Shown here: one piece after another, positions 12,316-25,396 of the stretch | Numbering within the stretch: position 1 is the stretch's first letter | How the letters are laid out: every line of letters starts with the position of its first letter | NCBI GenBank assembly: GCA_965235115.1 | Contig: OZ249447.1 | Location: 7,440,001-7,504,000 of the forward strand | Direction of reading: 5' to 3' | Source of the DNA: Laetmonice hystrix | Lineage: Eukaryota | DNA: 64,000 nucleotides | Program-made: the position numbers and the translations under genes | Notes under the pieces: model-generated | What the model was told of the DNA's origin: nothing | The model's input: the letters and a program-made list of their open reading frames with translations, nothing else | The model's database searches: none

Positions 12316-12610
12316 ACACGAGGGGGCGCCACTTGTTTCGTTCTTGCCCAGGAGAGGTGGCAAATTTCTGCATTATGAGCAGGCGTATTAAATTGAGCGT
12401 TCCTCTGCAGGCAAACGGCACCCGTACGTGTGCTACTCCTCGCATTTTCTCTCTACGCCGTTGAGTGAATGTTAAGGAATTGATTAAGTGACCTCCGAGT
12501 GTTCTCCAGAAATCAAGCAATAAATAGTTAGGCCTATGGCCCTGTGAGATCAGCCACAGCAAGGTTACCAGCTCGGAACTGTGGTTCGATAAACCGCCAC
12601 CAGATGGCAG
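12316..12610 (+). promoter_or_regulatory. Two CTCF-like motifs in a CpG-rich patch
   Basis: ACACGAGGGGGCGCC (12316-12330) and CCACCAGATGGCAG (12597-12610) fit the CTCF core CCASYAGRKGGCRS. Confidence 0.4.
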
Positions 12611-14065
12611 TCAAGTCATATCGTCTGCCATGGCGCAGTTTTGTCGACAACAGGTGAGAACGTGAGCACCCCTACATTTCAACTCGTTATATCAGTTTAG
12701 TATTATCCTGCTCGACGGTATTCTATTAAATCACATCACATTGAAGTGTCTTTCTGAAATCAAATCCAGATAATTATAGAACTACATCTAGTATCAGAGA
12801 CGGCAAGAAATAGCCTCTGTTGAAGCTCCTTTACTCTATATTCGCGGAAAGATTTTGAATAAAAAAAAGATAATGATTTGTGGTCTGCAGGTTCAAAGGC
12901 AGGTATAAACTGTGCTGGCCATAGTATGTTACAGCTATACTATAGCGGCACATAATCAGAGAATTTTGTTGGTCTCAATTGACAGGCAAATGGATCTTGA
13001 AAAGATTCTCAGTTTTTCAAGATTGTAGATTTTGTGACAAGTCATGGTCATGGAAGAATAAGTCTCTCTCCAAATGTTACCTTGTTATGCTGAAAAACAC
13101 TTAAATAGCTCTTTCATCCCTACTCCAACCGCCCCCACCCCTCGAGTTAGACGCGGTCTACTTGTTCCCCACGGTGTAGCATTACTGTGTTTGAAGCAGA
13201 GCCCCTGGAGGGATTTCCTAGTCGGGAATGGGCCCCTACAGATTGTCCTTTTGTCTCCCTTCTCATAGTTTTCTCCTGAGAGTATTAATATGGAACTGAT
13301 TGAAAACAAGATATCTCTAGTCACGCAACACGAGGACCACAGGGGGTGCTCACTGTTGCCTTCTTCCCCTTGTGGAGTCCAATTTTGGACTCTCCCAAAA
13401 CTCCCCCACCAACCCGGTACCCCCGCTGGTGCGCAGTCGACCGGCCTCCTATGAAGTCCCGGTCATTAATCAGGTCACATATTGAATGGAGGTTGGCAGT
13501 GAGCGTTGCTTTCCTAGAAGTGGCCAGAACTGTCATAGTCACCGGAGTACTACGATGTCCTGGGCCTGCACCAAGCGCGTGGAGGCCAATTGAAGAGAGG
13601 TGTGCTCATCGTCACAGAATGAGGACAAGGCCTGGCCGTGTTTTTCTCGGCTCAGACCCAGGCTGGAGGCCGGTAGACTAGCTAGGAGGATGGAGAGGTG
13701 ATAGTCGGTGGAGACGAGGGAACGGCCCGGCTCAGCAACCCATGCTGCGCCGTCGATCCGGGAGAGGATACTGGTAATAGGAGATAGATGATCCACACAC
13801 ACCCAAACAGGCCTGCTGCGGATGTTGCTTCAACATCAGTGGGAAGTGAATGACATGATGATGGGGTCAGTGGAGTGAGCCCAGCGCTGCTGTTGCTCAC
13901 CTAGACTTCATGCCAGGATCTAGCAGTCCGGAATCTAGTCTGCCCATCTCCTTCCTCCTACTCCGTCTCCTCCAGTGTCGATGTCATTGTCTCCCCAGAC
14001 TATAGTTTACGACATTACCTGTACACTTTGGATCCTACCCCACCTGGCTAACACCAACAGGCATC

Positions 14066-14276
14066 ATGGAAGTACCACCAAGGATTTTACCACCTCCAAA
14101 CCCCCACAAGCCGTCCTCGAATCCATTCAAAAGGTTCGGCTTAAGTGCACGGAATAAGGACAAGGATCGAAATAAGGACAAGGATCGACAGAATGAGTAC
14201 GCCAAACGTCAACTGAACTTGTCACACCAAGGTGGGGAACGTCGGCGCTGGTTCTACAAGGGATCGCACAGTTTAG
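14066..14276 (+). CDS. Candidate alternative first coding exon of the PCTAIRE kinase
   Basis: ATCATGG start gives 70 codons (MEVPPRILPPPNPHKPSSNPFKRFGLSARNKDKDRNKDKDRQNEYAKRQLNLSHQGGERRRWFYKGSHSL) ending at TAG|GTGTGT in phase 1, the same phase as the 9124 donor. A GC-rich UTR-like region precedes it. Confidence 0.5.
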
Positions 14277-16314
14277 GTGTGTGGCTTTCTACTTGTGTAA
14301 CCTAAGAATGATAGAACCTGGTTAGCAGCAGTATGTGTGTGTGTGTACTGGTATCGGCGCTACACATTCCAAACAGTAGCGCAGGCCTCGGCCCAGGGGT
14401 CCTCAGCGCAGGGTTCCTCACAGCGCCAGCATCCAGACACACGACACATGTAAATATTGCCCCATCCCCCTCCCACTTCATCACCCTAGCTTCTCATCCA
14501 GCCTTCAGTTCAACCAGTTAGAATAATTCCACCACTAAGGACAAAAAGAAAACGCCATGCGGATTTTCAAGTAGGACTCGCTTCTTCAATACACTTGTCC
14601 TTCTTCGCTCTTTTTTCTTTGTTTTACGCAACTGAAAGCAGCCAGTTTAAGCTGAAGTATTTAATGTGTGGGGGTAAGACGGCTGACCTAGAAGTACACC
14701 TGAGCCAGAAATTATATTTCCGTTTCTTGTGCCACAGACAGGTGTGAGTTACAACACGCAAGGCCAGATAAACAGTATACCACCTATTTTTACACTCAGT
14801 TTATGTCGGTCGGTTTTGTCGATGATTTATTTGTAAATGTGGGAAATAGTCAATTTTTAGTTGCAAAGATTCCCCAGCAAGTATTTGCAAATAAGAAAAA
14901 GGAGACAGATATATAAATAATCTACTGCCGCCAAAGTATTGAAAGCATGTCTTTCTTCAGAAATGTTGTTCGTGGAGAGGCGATATCTCCTAGTGGAACC
15001 TTAATCGCACGAAACAGCAGTTATATATCTTGAACTTGTAAGATTACTCAGCACCCCATCGTTCCAATGTTTAGTACCACTTTGATTTATTCCAAGCTAA
15101 GTCTCTTTATTAGGTATTATGTGTAGATAGATGTCAGCTTTGCATATAGGCATAAGGATCAGGATAAAGGAGTTCAAGTTGGAAAGCAGCAGTTCTTTCG
15201 TAACGTCTGTGTCTGGTGAAGTCCAATGCGTGAAACTGATTATAAAAAGTGTGTCAGTTTTTAGGCGTGAACTCGTCATGCATATAGGCCTAGTTTTATA
15301 TTTAGCTGAAGGGGTCCGGTGCAAGGAGGATTTAGTAGCACAGCAGTATCTATAAATATGGGGCTTAGAGCTGGTTATGTGCCATTTCTAGGAATCTGAA
15401 GTACCTAACGGTAAATTCAGTTCCTAAGAGTATAAATGCATGTTCTTATTAAGGTATTCTCTGTTTTTACATACACTGGCAATGGTAAACAGCAGTGATT
15501 CCATGTAAATTGAGTAATTTAGAGGACGTTTGAGATTCGATAAGCGATCCTGCTGAATGTACAATGTATAAGTAAATATAACAAATCTGGCGCACCAGGT
15601 GACAGGTGCATCGCTTTAGCCTTTAGATACGCCTACATGGTCCTTTGTGTAAGGCATGAGACAGGATACTTTGTTAGCGGTATAAAACCAGGAAATATAT
15701 GTGCGTTTTGACATACTGACTTACTGTTGCCTCGTGAGCGATGAGATAGCGATGAAAGTTCGTATATAAGTATTGTAAAAAACATACCACCTCAATAAAT
15801 GTTATGACTAAAGGTTGAGCACCACCAAGACGCCATACAGTTAACCGTAAGCTGCTATTGGAGGTTGATTTACCTGTTTTAATGTTCTGTAGAATAGCCG
15901 TCGTTAGTAGTTGTGTGTTTATGACACTCAGGTGTGGTGTGTAGGTAAGCGGTGATGTGTAATGTGAAGAGTTGTGTACTGACTCGTTAGGAGGTGGCAC
16001 AACCATGCCGTCCTGCCAGAGGCTGCATGATTGCACGCTTCATTGTTCTCATTAATTAACTGGGGATCACTGAGGCGGAACGCTCCACGTGAGGCCCCAA
16101 CATCTGGGCCAGTCACACAATGCAAGTCGCCGATACTGGGAATCGCTTGATTAATCGCCAAGTTCTCATTTGTAGTTGATAACTGGATGTCTGATGTGGA
16201 GGGAAAACATGATGTTAGTGTTTTAGCCAAGTTGAATGAAGGCCTTACAAGTAGTCTTCAGTTAGTTTACCTCAGGGTAGACGTTTGTAAATCAGAAAAA
16301 CTTGTACTTGTACT

Positions 16315-16900
16315 CTCAATCAATAGCAGTATTCACACTAAGACTATCAATCAATAGCAGTATTCACACTAAGACTATCAATCAATAACAGTATTCACAC
16401 TAAGACTATCAATCAATAGCAGTATTCACACTAAGACTATCAATCAATAGCAGTATTCACACTAAGACTATCAATCAATAACAGTATTCACACTAAGACT
16501 ATCAATCAATAACAGTATTCACACTAAGACTATCAATCAATAACAGTATTCACACTAAGACTATCAATCAATAACAGTATTCACACTAAGACTATCAATC
16601 AATAGCAGTATTCACACTAAGACTATCAATCAATAGCAGTATTCACACTAAGACTATCAATCAATAACAGTATTCACACTAAGACTATCAATCAATAGCA
16701 GTATTCACACTAAGACTATCAATCATTAGCAGTATTCACACTAAGACTATCAATCAGTTTAGCAGTATTCACACTAAGACTATCAATCAGTTTAGCAGTA
16801 TTCACACTAAGACTGTCAATCAATAGCAGTATTCACACGAAGACTATCAATCAATATTAGCAGTATTCACACTAAGACTATCAATATTAGCAGTATTCAC
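16315..16900. repeat. 31-bp minisatellite, ~18 copies
   Basis: Unit CAATAGCAGTATTCACACTAAGACTATCAAT, with A/G variants. Confidence 0.95.
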
Positions 16901-17583
16901 AAACACCAACAGAATCCTAACAAACAACAGGAGAAGATCATTGATGATCTGTAGAGAATGGCTTTGGATCGAAAGTCGACGTTTTAAAATGGCTGGAGCA
17001 GGTGGTGTAATGGAAGCGGAGTCTGTGTGACGTCTTGGAGTAGGGCTGAGTGTGTTTGTTATCTAGGCCTGGATCGTTAGGGCAACAACAGGCGATCACG
17101 CACCTGGGCGGACCATGGACAGGTAGAGTGAACCCCAGCATCTGATTACCGTGCTGCAGCCACACTGGAGTCTGGTTATGTGAGACCATCTATTCAGGGA
17201 TCAGGGAGGCCAGTCACAGTAGACCGGTTGGGGTTTGACCAATTCTAATATAGGTGTCCATGACGGAGAGATCATCAGAGCTGATTACTCTAATACTTAG
17301 GAACCTTCATTGAAACGGGACAGAGACTCGTGTTAACTTTGGCACTTTCCGTCAGACTTGATGTTCAGTCAGTGTTTTGTAGGTCATAGAACTGTTCAGA
17401 GTGCGGGTGATGGATCCCAGATGAACTTAGAGAGTTCTCAGGGTTCACGGATGGAATGCTATCGCCATTAATTTTATGAATTTACATATTTAGAGACACC
17501 GAATAATAAAAACCTCTGTTGCTCTGTTCTTGACAACTTATAGCCTCATTTCTCCCGTTTTTTCACCATATAAATGTGGAATG

Positions 17584-17652
17584 GCTGTGGCAAGCGTTGC
17601 TCCGCAGGTTTAGTGAACGTATTCGTAATGTCAGCAGTGATTGCCACAGCTC
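17584..17652 (+). ncRNA. Candidate pre-miRNA-like hairpin
   Basis: GCTGTGGCAA-G-CGTTGCT pairs with AGCAGTG-A-TTGCCACAGC (~17 bp, one mismatch) over 69 nt. Confidence 0.2.
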
Positions 17653-18576
17653 TCAGAGGTCGTGTGAGTTATGTCAAGGCTAGATAACGACGACGTTGTG
17701 TACTTACCGTCGTCGTTAGCATTCACCCAGGGCCGACCGTAGCTCGGGGATTTTCTCTGCTAAACCTGACCTCTCCAATCGATCGGTGTGCCAGGCCAGC
17801 GCTGACGTAATTCGACAAAAAAGTAGTGATAATATTAAATAGGTGAATGCCACAATCTTATTCAGTGCCACTGTCAGGCAGAGGAGGATCAGCGTGGCGC
17901 CACACAAGGCGATGGAGTATAATAGGAACTGTTGCGTATATTGACGTCCCTACATTACACACAAGTTTAAACTAGCGATAATTCTGTGGAGTTCTTGATT
18001 CTCTTCCATGAGAATTGGTAATATTCAAGAAATTCCAATAATAGTAGATCGACCGAGGTATATTCTAACTTAGTTCCAGGAAAGACCCCATTTATATCTG
18101 CTGCATCTCTGCTTTGGATAACAACTCCAACGGTTGTTAGTTTGCTTGTATTCGCTGTCGCATTTGGTTCAAATTTGTGGGTAAATTGATAAAAAGGTGC
18201 TCTTTATTTGAGTTCTCCTGGGCCGTAATATGTGCTGAACATTGCTACTGCCAACCAGCATGGTAAGATCCTGCTCTGGTGTTGTATGGCCGTTGTGAAG
18301 TGTATACTCAGACAACCGAATATTTCATGCCCTGATTACATAAACCCTTTAGTTTGTAGGTACATGTACTCGCAGTGGCCTACCTCTGTAGAAATGTATA
18401 CTGTATTATGCACTGTGAATTGCAAGTTCTCATTGCTTCAGGTAGAAAAGTCTCCTACCCGCCCCCTCCCGCGAGTAGAGCTGACAGAGTGGAGTGGAGT
18501 TGAGAGAGACAACAGTCTCGGGAGGGAGGGATTCGTGGAACAAAGCCTGGGTTTCTGGATAGGATCCGACTGATGA

Positions 18577-18851
18577 CTGGACTGGGTGGTGGGGCAGCGG
18601 CGGACGGCTGGACTGGGTGGTGGGGCAGCGGTGGACGGCTCGACTGGGTGGTGGGGCAGCGGCGGACGGCTGGACTGGGTGGTGGGGCAGGCGGACGGCT
18701 GGACTGGGTGGTGGGGCAGCGGCGGACGGCTGGACTGGGTGGTGGGGCAGGCGGACGGCTGGACTGGGTGGTGGGGCAGCGGCGGACGGCTGGACTGGGT
18801 GGTGGGGCAGGCGGACGGCTGGACTGGGTGGTGGGGCAGCGGCGGACGGCC
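18577..18851. repeat. G-rich minisatellite, 29/31-bp units forming a 60-bp higher-order period, ~9 units
   Basis: Unit GGACTGGGTGGTGGGGCAG(C)G(G)CGGACGGCT-like; rows 18661, 18721 and 18781 are identical. Confidence 0.9.
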
Positions 18852-21800
18852 GTCTGGCTGTCGTCGGCCCCCATGGTGGGCACGTGGGAGAGACCAGACA
18901 GGCTAGGGCAGATGGACATTAGGCTGGCATGCGAATGAATCAGAAATGTTGATGAACATCGGAATGAATGTAGACAATGATAACGGGGCGACGGCATGGA
19001 AGTAACGTCGGTAAAATATTGTCTGTGGAAGGCAGTGTGTTATCAGGCAAGGGTAGGTGACCGACATGTCAGTGCCCTGTGATCTTAAAACGGACAGTTA
19101 GGTTAATGTGTTTTCATATTGAACAAATGTGAAAGTCCTTCAGAAACAAAGATGGCGGTAAAAAGAGCATGTCTCATAGCCAAGAATTGGTACCTGCACA
19201 TGCAGGTAGTTTTCTTGAGTTTTTTCTTGAGTAGCACATTCGAGAGAATGCCTACACTGTTCAAAAACCTCCCGTTTTTCAAGAAATCCTGCGTAAACAA
19301 ACCACAATGAAATGCAGGCGAAATAACTAGCGGGTTCATATCATGAGCAGCAGTAATCATTGAGTCTAGACAGCCAAAAGAAAAAAGTCGAGACAAAAAA
19401 ACACAGCAAGCCTAATATTATTGTCTGTCACGAAATGATCTCGACCAGAAGAGAACAAAAGGATGCGCTAAGTATTTGTACGTTACAATTTCATGTATCA
19501 GGAGAGAAGAGCACTGCGAATAATAAATTTTTGGAGTGTATTATTAAAACATAATCAATTAATACAGATTTACCAATACACTGGTGTGACCTGATGGTTT
19601 TAACTCTTCTGTGTCGCTCACCTCAGACCTGTGACGTCCCTCACACTTGGGTCCATGTTGAGAACATGGCACCGATTGAAGACAGAATAAGGTGACTTTG
19701 GGTGGATGATATAACTGTAGAGAGTCTGGCCTGCATGTATGCCATCTTTAAACATCATCACAGAGAGGAGAGAAAAACAGTTGTACAACATGTATATTTG
19801 TATGGGAGAGGGTAACTATACTGTCTATGATTTGACTCCGATTTTGACTCCGACATGATTCCGTCCGCAGTGTACTGATGACTTGAAGCCGGGGGAAACC
19901 ACCCGGAGCAGGTACCAAGTCTTAACGTTTGGATAGTAAGTGTACCTATATAGTCGTTCTGGAGGCCGCATAATTAGATCACACTTGGCCTACAGAAATC
20001 ATCTCTAATTGAATGCCCGTCTTCTATACCTGTAGATATGAAGATGGAACTTTGACAAATGGCTATGACCTGAAGAATCTGATCAATATTATGGTTCTTG
20101 ATGGGGTATGTGATTCGCATACATTCACGATAAATTATTTATACATAGATATAGAAGAGAAATAGACCTGATTCTCGTCGCTTCCCGGCTGATGCCATTT
20201 AGAATTCACCTGGGTCAGGTATAGTATGGAGCGGGATAGAGGAGGACCCTTTCACCTTCAGCGGGTATCTATAAATCATGCCTGATCGCCTCACAGGACA
20301 GCAGTCACCGCCTCCACTCACATCCAACACGTTCTCGCCTCCTCCAACTCGTGACAATGAATTTCCACAACTGGCAGTCTGCTTTACGTAGCCACGGCTC
20401 AGACTGGCACTGTCACGGCTACAGGGGGCTGATAGATTACCTTCTTTAACAGGCGCCGGCCTCACAAATGTGACATTCCATCCTTTTGATCATCGCACCT
20501 GAGCTGTAGACGCTGACTTAAGACCAGGGCAGGTCAGGTGACCAAAGGCGGTCAGCAGACGGATCTTGTCGGATCAGCCAAGACGGCCACCCGCCGAATT
20601 ATCCAGACTTCTATAAATGTAGGCTTGTGATATGATCACAAGATTACCGGGCTTTGTGGTGGGTGTGGACCGACCAACATGGGCTGAACTCATGAACAGG
20701 CCTGAACAGGCCTGATGGTGATGGCTGATATTGGAAAGGTGTTGGCTGATATTGGAAACGTGTTGGATGATATCTATACGTGTAGATTGGCGCCGTGACC
20801 CCTGCGGAATATTGTGGCCAGGGGAGGGGGGGGGGAAACAGTGTCAGTATTAATGTTGCAAAATAGAGCACTCTGGTGAACAAGTATTTTAACTTTTATC
20901 TTTGTGAAGAAAGGAAAGGGACTTTTTGAGCATATATAGCTAGAGAAGCTATATTTTTTTGTTATGGAGGAAATTGGAAATAATTGTTAATTATAGCAGG
21001 AACTTACTGCTGATTACGGAGAATGGTGGGGCTGGCTGACGGTGTGACACTCAGCTGTTGTCGTTGACAGCCCCAGGTATGGAGTGATCCTCTGGCTGCA
21101 TCTGTTGACTGATAGCGCCATGATGACCCTGACAGTTGGGAGAGTCGGGGGTCGTCCCACTACGGGCACCAGGTGCTCCCTCTACCGGCGGCGGTGGGCG
21201 TCATCCCCCAGTCTGTCGTCTGTTGTCGGCACGGTCCGCCGAGACCGAGCGGAAACCGACCGCTCAGAGAACAATTCCTCAAGGTTTCCGCCAGTATTGT
21301 TCACGTAAATACGTCCGAACCCACTGGGGGCATGCAGGCCACATATGTTTATACTTTTCTTTCTTCCTCACGGAAACACAGCCGTAATGAGAGGAAAGTT
21401 TCCCTCTCCCGGTCTTGACCTCTGAGTCACAACTGTTTTTTGTCGGCCAGTTGGTGGTCTCTCTCTGTGGTCACAGACAAGATCATGGCAGAGGAGAAAC
21501 AGACAATATGTTGGTTGATGTGGGCCACTTATATATGAAAAAACATCAGTTTCTGCCCCAAACTTCTCCCTCGATATCATCCGGCACTACAGATACTGAT
21601 CGTCTAGAGAGTTTGGTGGGAACCTTTTTCAATCATTGTTTAAAAGGAAAGTCAGGTTCTACGACATAATTCTAAGTGTAGTAGGACCCACAGTATGCTT
21701 GCTTAAGGTGTCAGTGCTTGCTATTCACAGGTTGTCTGAATGTATGAAGGCCACGAACGTACTACAATAATACTTTGTGTGACGGTATTTGGACGTGGTC

Positions 21801-24800
21801 CTACTTACTGCCCGTACCCTGTAAATAACAAGGTTCTAGGATGTAGCAAGGTGTAATACAAGGTTCTAGGATGTGGCAAGGTTCTCTTCCGGAACTGCCT
21901 GCTCACACACACCATGAGTCCACATCGATGTATCCTATGTGGGACAAAACAGGAAGCCCTTATTTACTCGTACGAGCTGATTGTTTCCAGTTTGGTTCCA
22001 AGGCTGTCCTATGTTAGCTTGCCCCGATAATAAGTTCGGATCAAGTCGTTATGAGTGACAAGTGATTAGGATTATCAATAATTGTGGGTCAGAAGTCATA
22101 TGAAGGATTTGTTCATGAAATTAGTCATTAAATAGCTGTCGGACACAGTGACAGGAGTTATTGAAAGAATGTAACTTTATTTTTGTGCCATTGATTTTAG
22201 ACAATGACAGATAGCTTGTATGAGATGAAAGTGATTGTGTTTCAAAGGGCGACACTTTATAGGATAGAGTCACAAAGACATATGGATCCGGTTCCAGCAG
22301 GTCATATAATGTAGACATAGAGCCTTCAGACAAGATTTTATTTAAAAAACTGGTTGTAACCGTTAGCAGGCGCTCAGGTTAAACACCTCTTGGTGGGACA
22401 AGGCCTGGGCCTCCTTTGTCTGGGACGTGGTGGATGTCAAGTTGCTGGGTCGGCTCACGTGTTGACATCATTGAACGCTCTGCGATGACTTGTGGCTGGT
22501 GTGGAGGGAGCTCACCCAACCCCCCTCACCCTACGTTTTTATCAGGGGTGATTGAAGTGAGAGGGGGAGATATCTTGGTGACATGGAGACACAGGATCGG
22601 GGAAAAGTGTGCCAAATGTTTACCTTCGTACTCTCACTGTCTCAGAATAGGCTGAAAGCTTTTTTCAGAAAACTATAACCTTACAACACATGGCCACTGG
22701 TACTGTGTATTTAGAAAGGTCCCAAACATGTGGTACCATTGTGTGTTCATGAAACTCATAACAGCACACGACATGGTATCATTAGAACATAGCCTATTAG
22801 TACTGTGTACTGAGAGAGACCTAACGTAACCTAGTGTCTTTATGATGATGAGAAAGCTTCTGTCACCTAAGAAAACTTCAGGAACACATTGCCTACTATC
22901 ATAGTGATCCTAAGAAAACATTCAAGGATAAGTAACTAGCTTGAATCGTGTACGTGAGAAATACATGTATCACGGAGATTGGTCTCCCTGCGAGAACAAC
23001 CTGGTTTGACAAACATTAGAAACGTTATGACACATGTGTCTGTGGATTATCTAAATCATATACACATGTGCTGGTCTATTGAAAACGTTGCACAAATCAA
23101 AGACAGGAGTTCATTTGTATCCAACGCTACTTAAGTAGCCACCATTTGTTTTGAGCAGACCAGGCTGGTGGAGGTCGCGATACAGTTAGGACGAGACCCT
23201 CAGTAGTCTGTTACAGGAGGCAAGTATCGCATTCAGATTCTGATGTGGGTATAAACAGTCTGTTTATTAACATTCACACGGATCAGTTAGCTCTATTTAC
23301 AGATAAGTGATTTATAAGGGCAGGTCGGCATGAGTTCAATGTTGATATTTCATAGAACCAGTGTATGAGTTAGACGGTTTGTTAAACTGTTTGGGTAGAG
23401 ATAACAGTCCGGACCTGGTGATTTACGCTTCCCGCAAAGATATCATTCTGAGTTGAGGCATACAGAAGTAGTTGGTTTGATGTTGACTGTTTTATCGTTT
23501 AGAAAGAGGAGCTCCGTCTGTCTCAGTTAATGTCTGTGAATCCAGATGGAGAGAACCAGATGTTATCTTGGGCTATTCATGGCCTATATCAGTAAATTCC
23601 CCTTGACAGTTTGATCCAGGGTAAAGACAGAGCCCAGTGTCCACGTCAGTAACGATTTTCTAAATTAAAGCCTCGCCATGCTTCATTCAGACATCTAGCA
23701 GCCCCCTGTAAAACAGGAAGAACCCTTTATTTTGCTCTGTCTCCGCCTAGCCAGTCTTAGTTCGAGCCGTCTCCAAATGGCCGGAAACGTGTCTTCCATG
23801 TCACCGTTGTCATGTCGCCGGGTCCTGGCGATTATGGAGCGTTGTTACCATGGTTACAGGCCAGGAGAAAACAACTAGGAGGAAAACAGCTGCAGGTCGG
23901 AACGGTTCAGAGCAACAGCACTGCAGGCACGGACCTGAGGACCCTCAAGTTGAGTGCGACCTCAGCGATGAAAGTGCCAGTCAAAAGACAGGAAGCCGTG
24001 TCAGCTATTAGCGGTCAAAGAGAGAGATGTATAGACCATTACCAAGGTCATCCGTACCACAGAAGAGCCTCGCCTGGCAAGCTGATGGTTCCAGCTGCCC
24101 AGAAGGCATCCCATATATCGTTAGTGGCTGCCATGCTGTAAAGGAATCTAAAGTCGATGGCGGAAATCAGAGGAAGCACTTGACTTCTTAAGTTGTCCCA
24201 TATATCTTCCATTCTATTTGTTATCAGAGATGTACCTTTTTATTAACGAAAATGTCACGTGGGTGTTTAAAAATACGATGTTTTCATGACCGGAAGTTAA
24301 AAAAAACTGCAAGAATTCCTAGAAAGAGCCAGATTTCTTGTTATCCACGATGTGTACAGGCTCTACCCTGGGCAGTACCCTGATCTGGAAGCTGTTCGTG
24401 GGGATTTATTTCGTGGTGAAGGGCATGGGAACATTGTGAAGATTATACGTGGGTATTCAGATGTGGATTTTTTGGGAGGTTTGAGTAAGGAGTCCTCCTA
24501 ATTTGACACGTTGACATATATCTGACCACACATGTTGTGCCAGGATAGAGTTTGTGGAGTTGAAGACAGATCTCAAGATGTCTAAACCTGGGACTACTTG
24601 ATTCAAATTGTGAAAAACGTACGCTGTGTGTCTGGTGATCATAAAAGCAATGTATGATGAAGCCTATTTTAATACTAGAACGTCCTGGTAGCCTTGTTTG
24701 TTTGTTCATGGTGGTAGAGCCTTGTTTGTTTGTTTGTTCACGGTGGTAGATGTTCATTGGTAGAGCCGAAGGCGTGTTCACGCACCAGTGAGTCGGTACA

Positions 24801-25396
24801 CGTGCTGAGAGTTGCGAGCAGAGAGCGGGTTCAAGAACTGGCACCTACTCGTACCGTTATATGGAGGGCCGTACTGAAGGCGGCGGCACTACCATTGACG
24901 GTGTCGAGTGTCTGGGACGGGGGAGCACGGTATTCGAGGAATTGATGGCGGGGTTTGGGGCGGAGTGGGTGGGGGGGGGGGGGGGATGCTCCGGTGTTGT
25001 CAACACGCGGTGAAACATCTCTCTGGGATCTACATGCAATAAATAGTTTCGGAAGGGTAACCGCTGCTGCCCTACACCGCATCCAGCATGGCTGAACGTG
25101 CAAAGACCAAGGGGTGGTACTGGTCGCAGGGGAGTGGTTGTCAAGGTAATTACACTGCTTCAAGGTCTGAAATTGAAAGTGGAAGAATTAGCCGTGGTAT
25201 TTTCTCTGTCATGAAGATACTGATCCATGGCCAGGTGATTGCGATGTTTGGTTCCTATTTGCCGGTTGCCGGAAGGCCAGCGGTATGTTGGAAGGGATTT
25301 TTTGAGTATGAGCAGCGACTACGTGTCTTTGGTATGAGTTGGACGTAGAAAAACAGCTGTACTAGACCTGAAATAGGTGATTATCGCCACTGATGG

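Noticed and set aside
13546-13790. EYYDVLGL (DnaJ-like) and RILVIGD (GDSL/LINE ORF1-like) snippets
   Set aside because: Only 7-8 residues each, with no supporting downstream motifs; more likely UTR of the 14066 exon.
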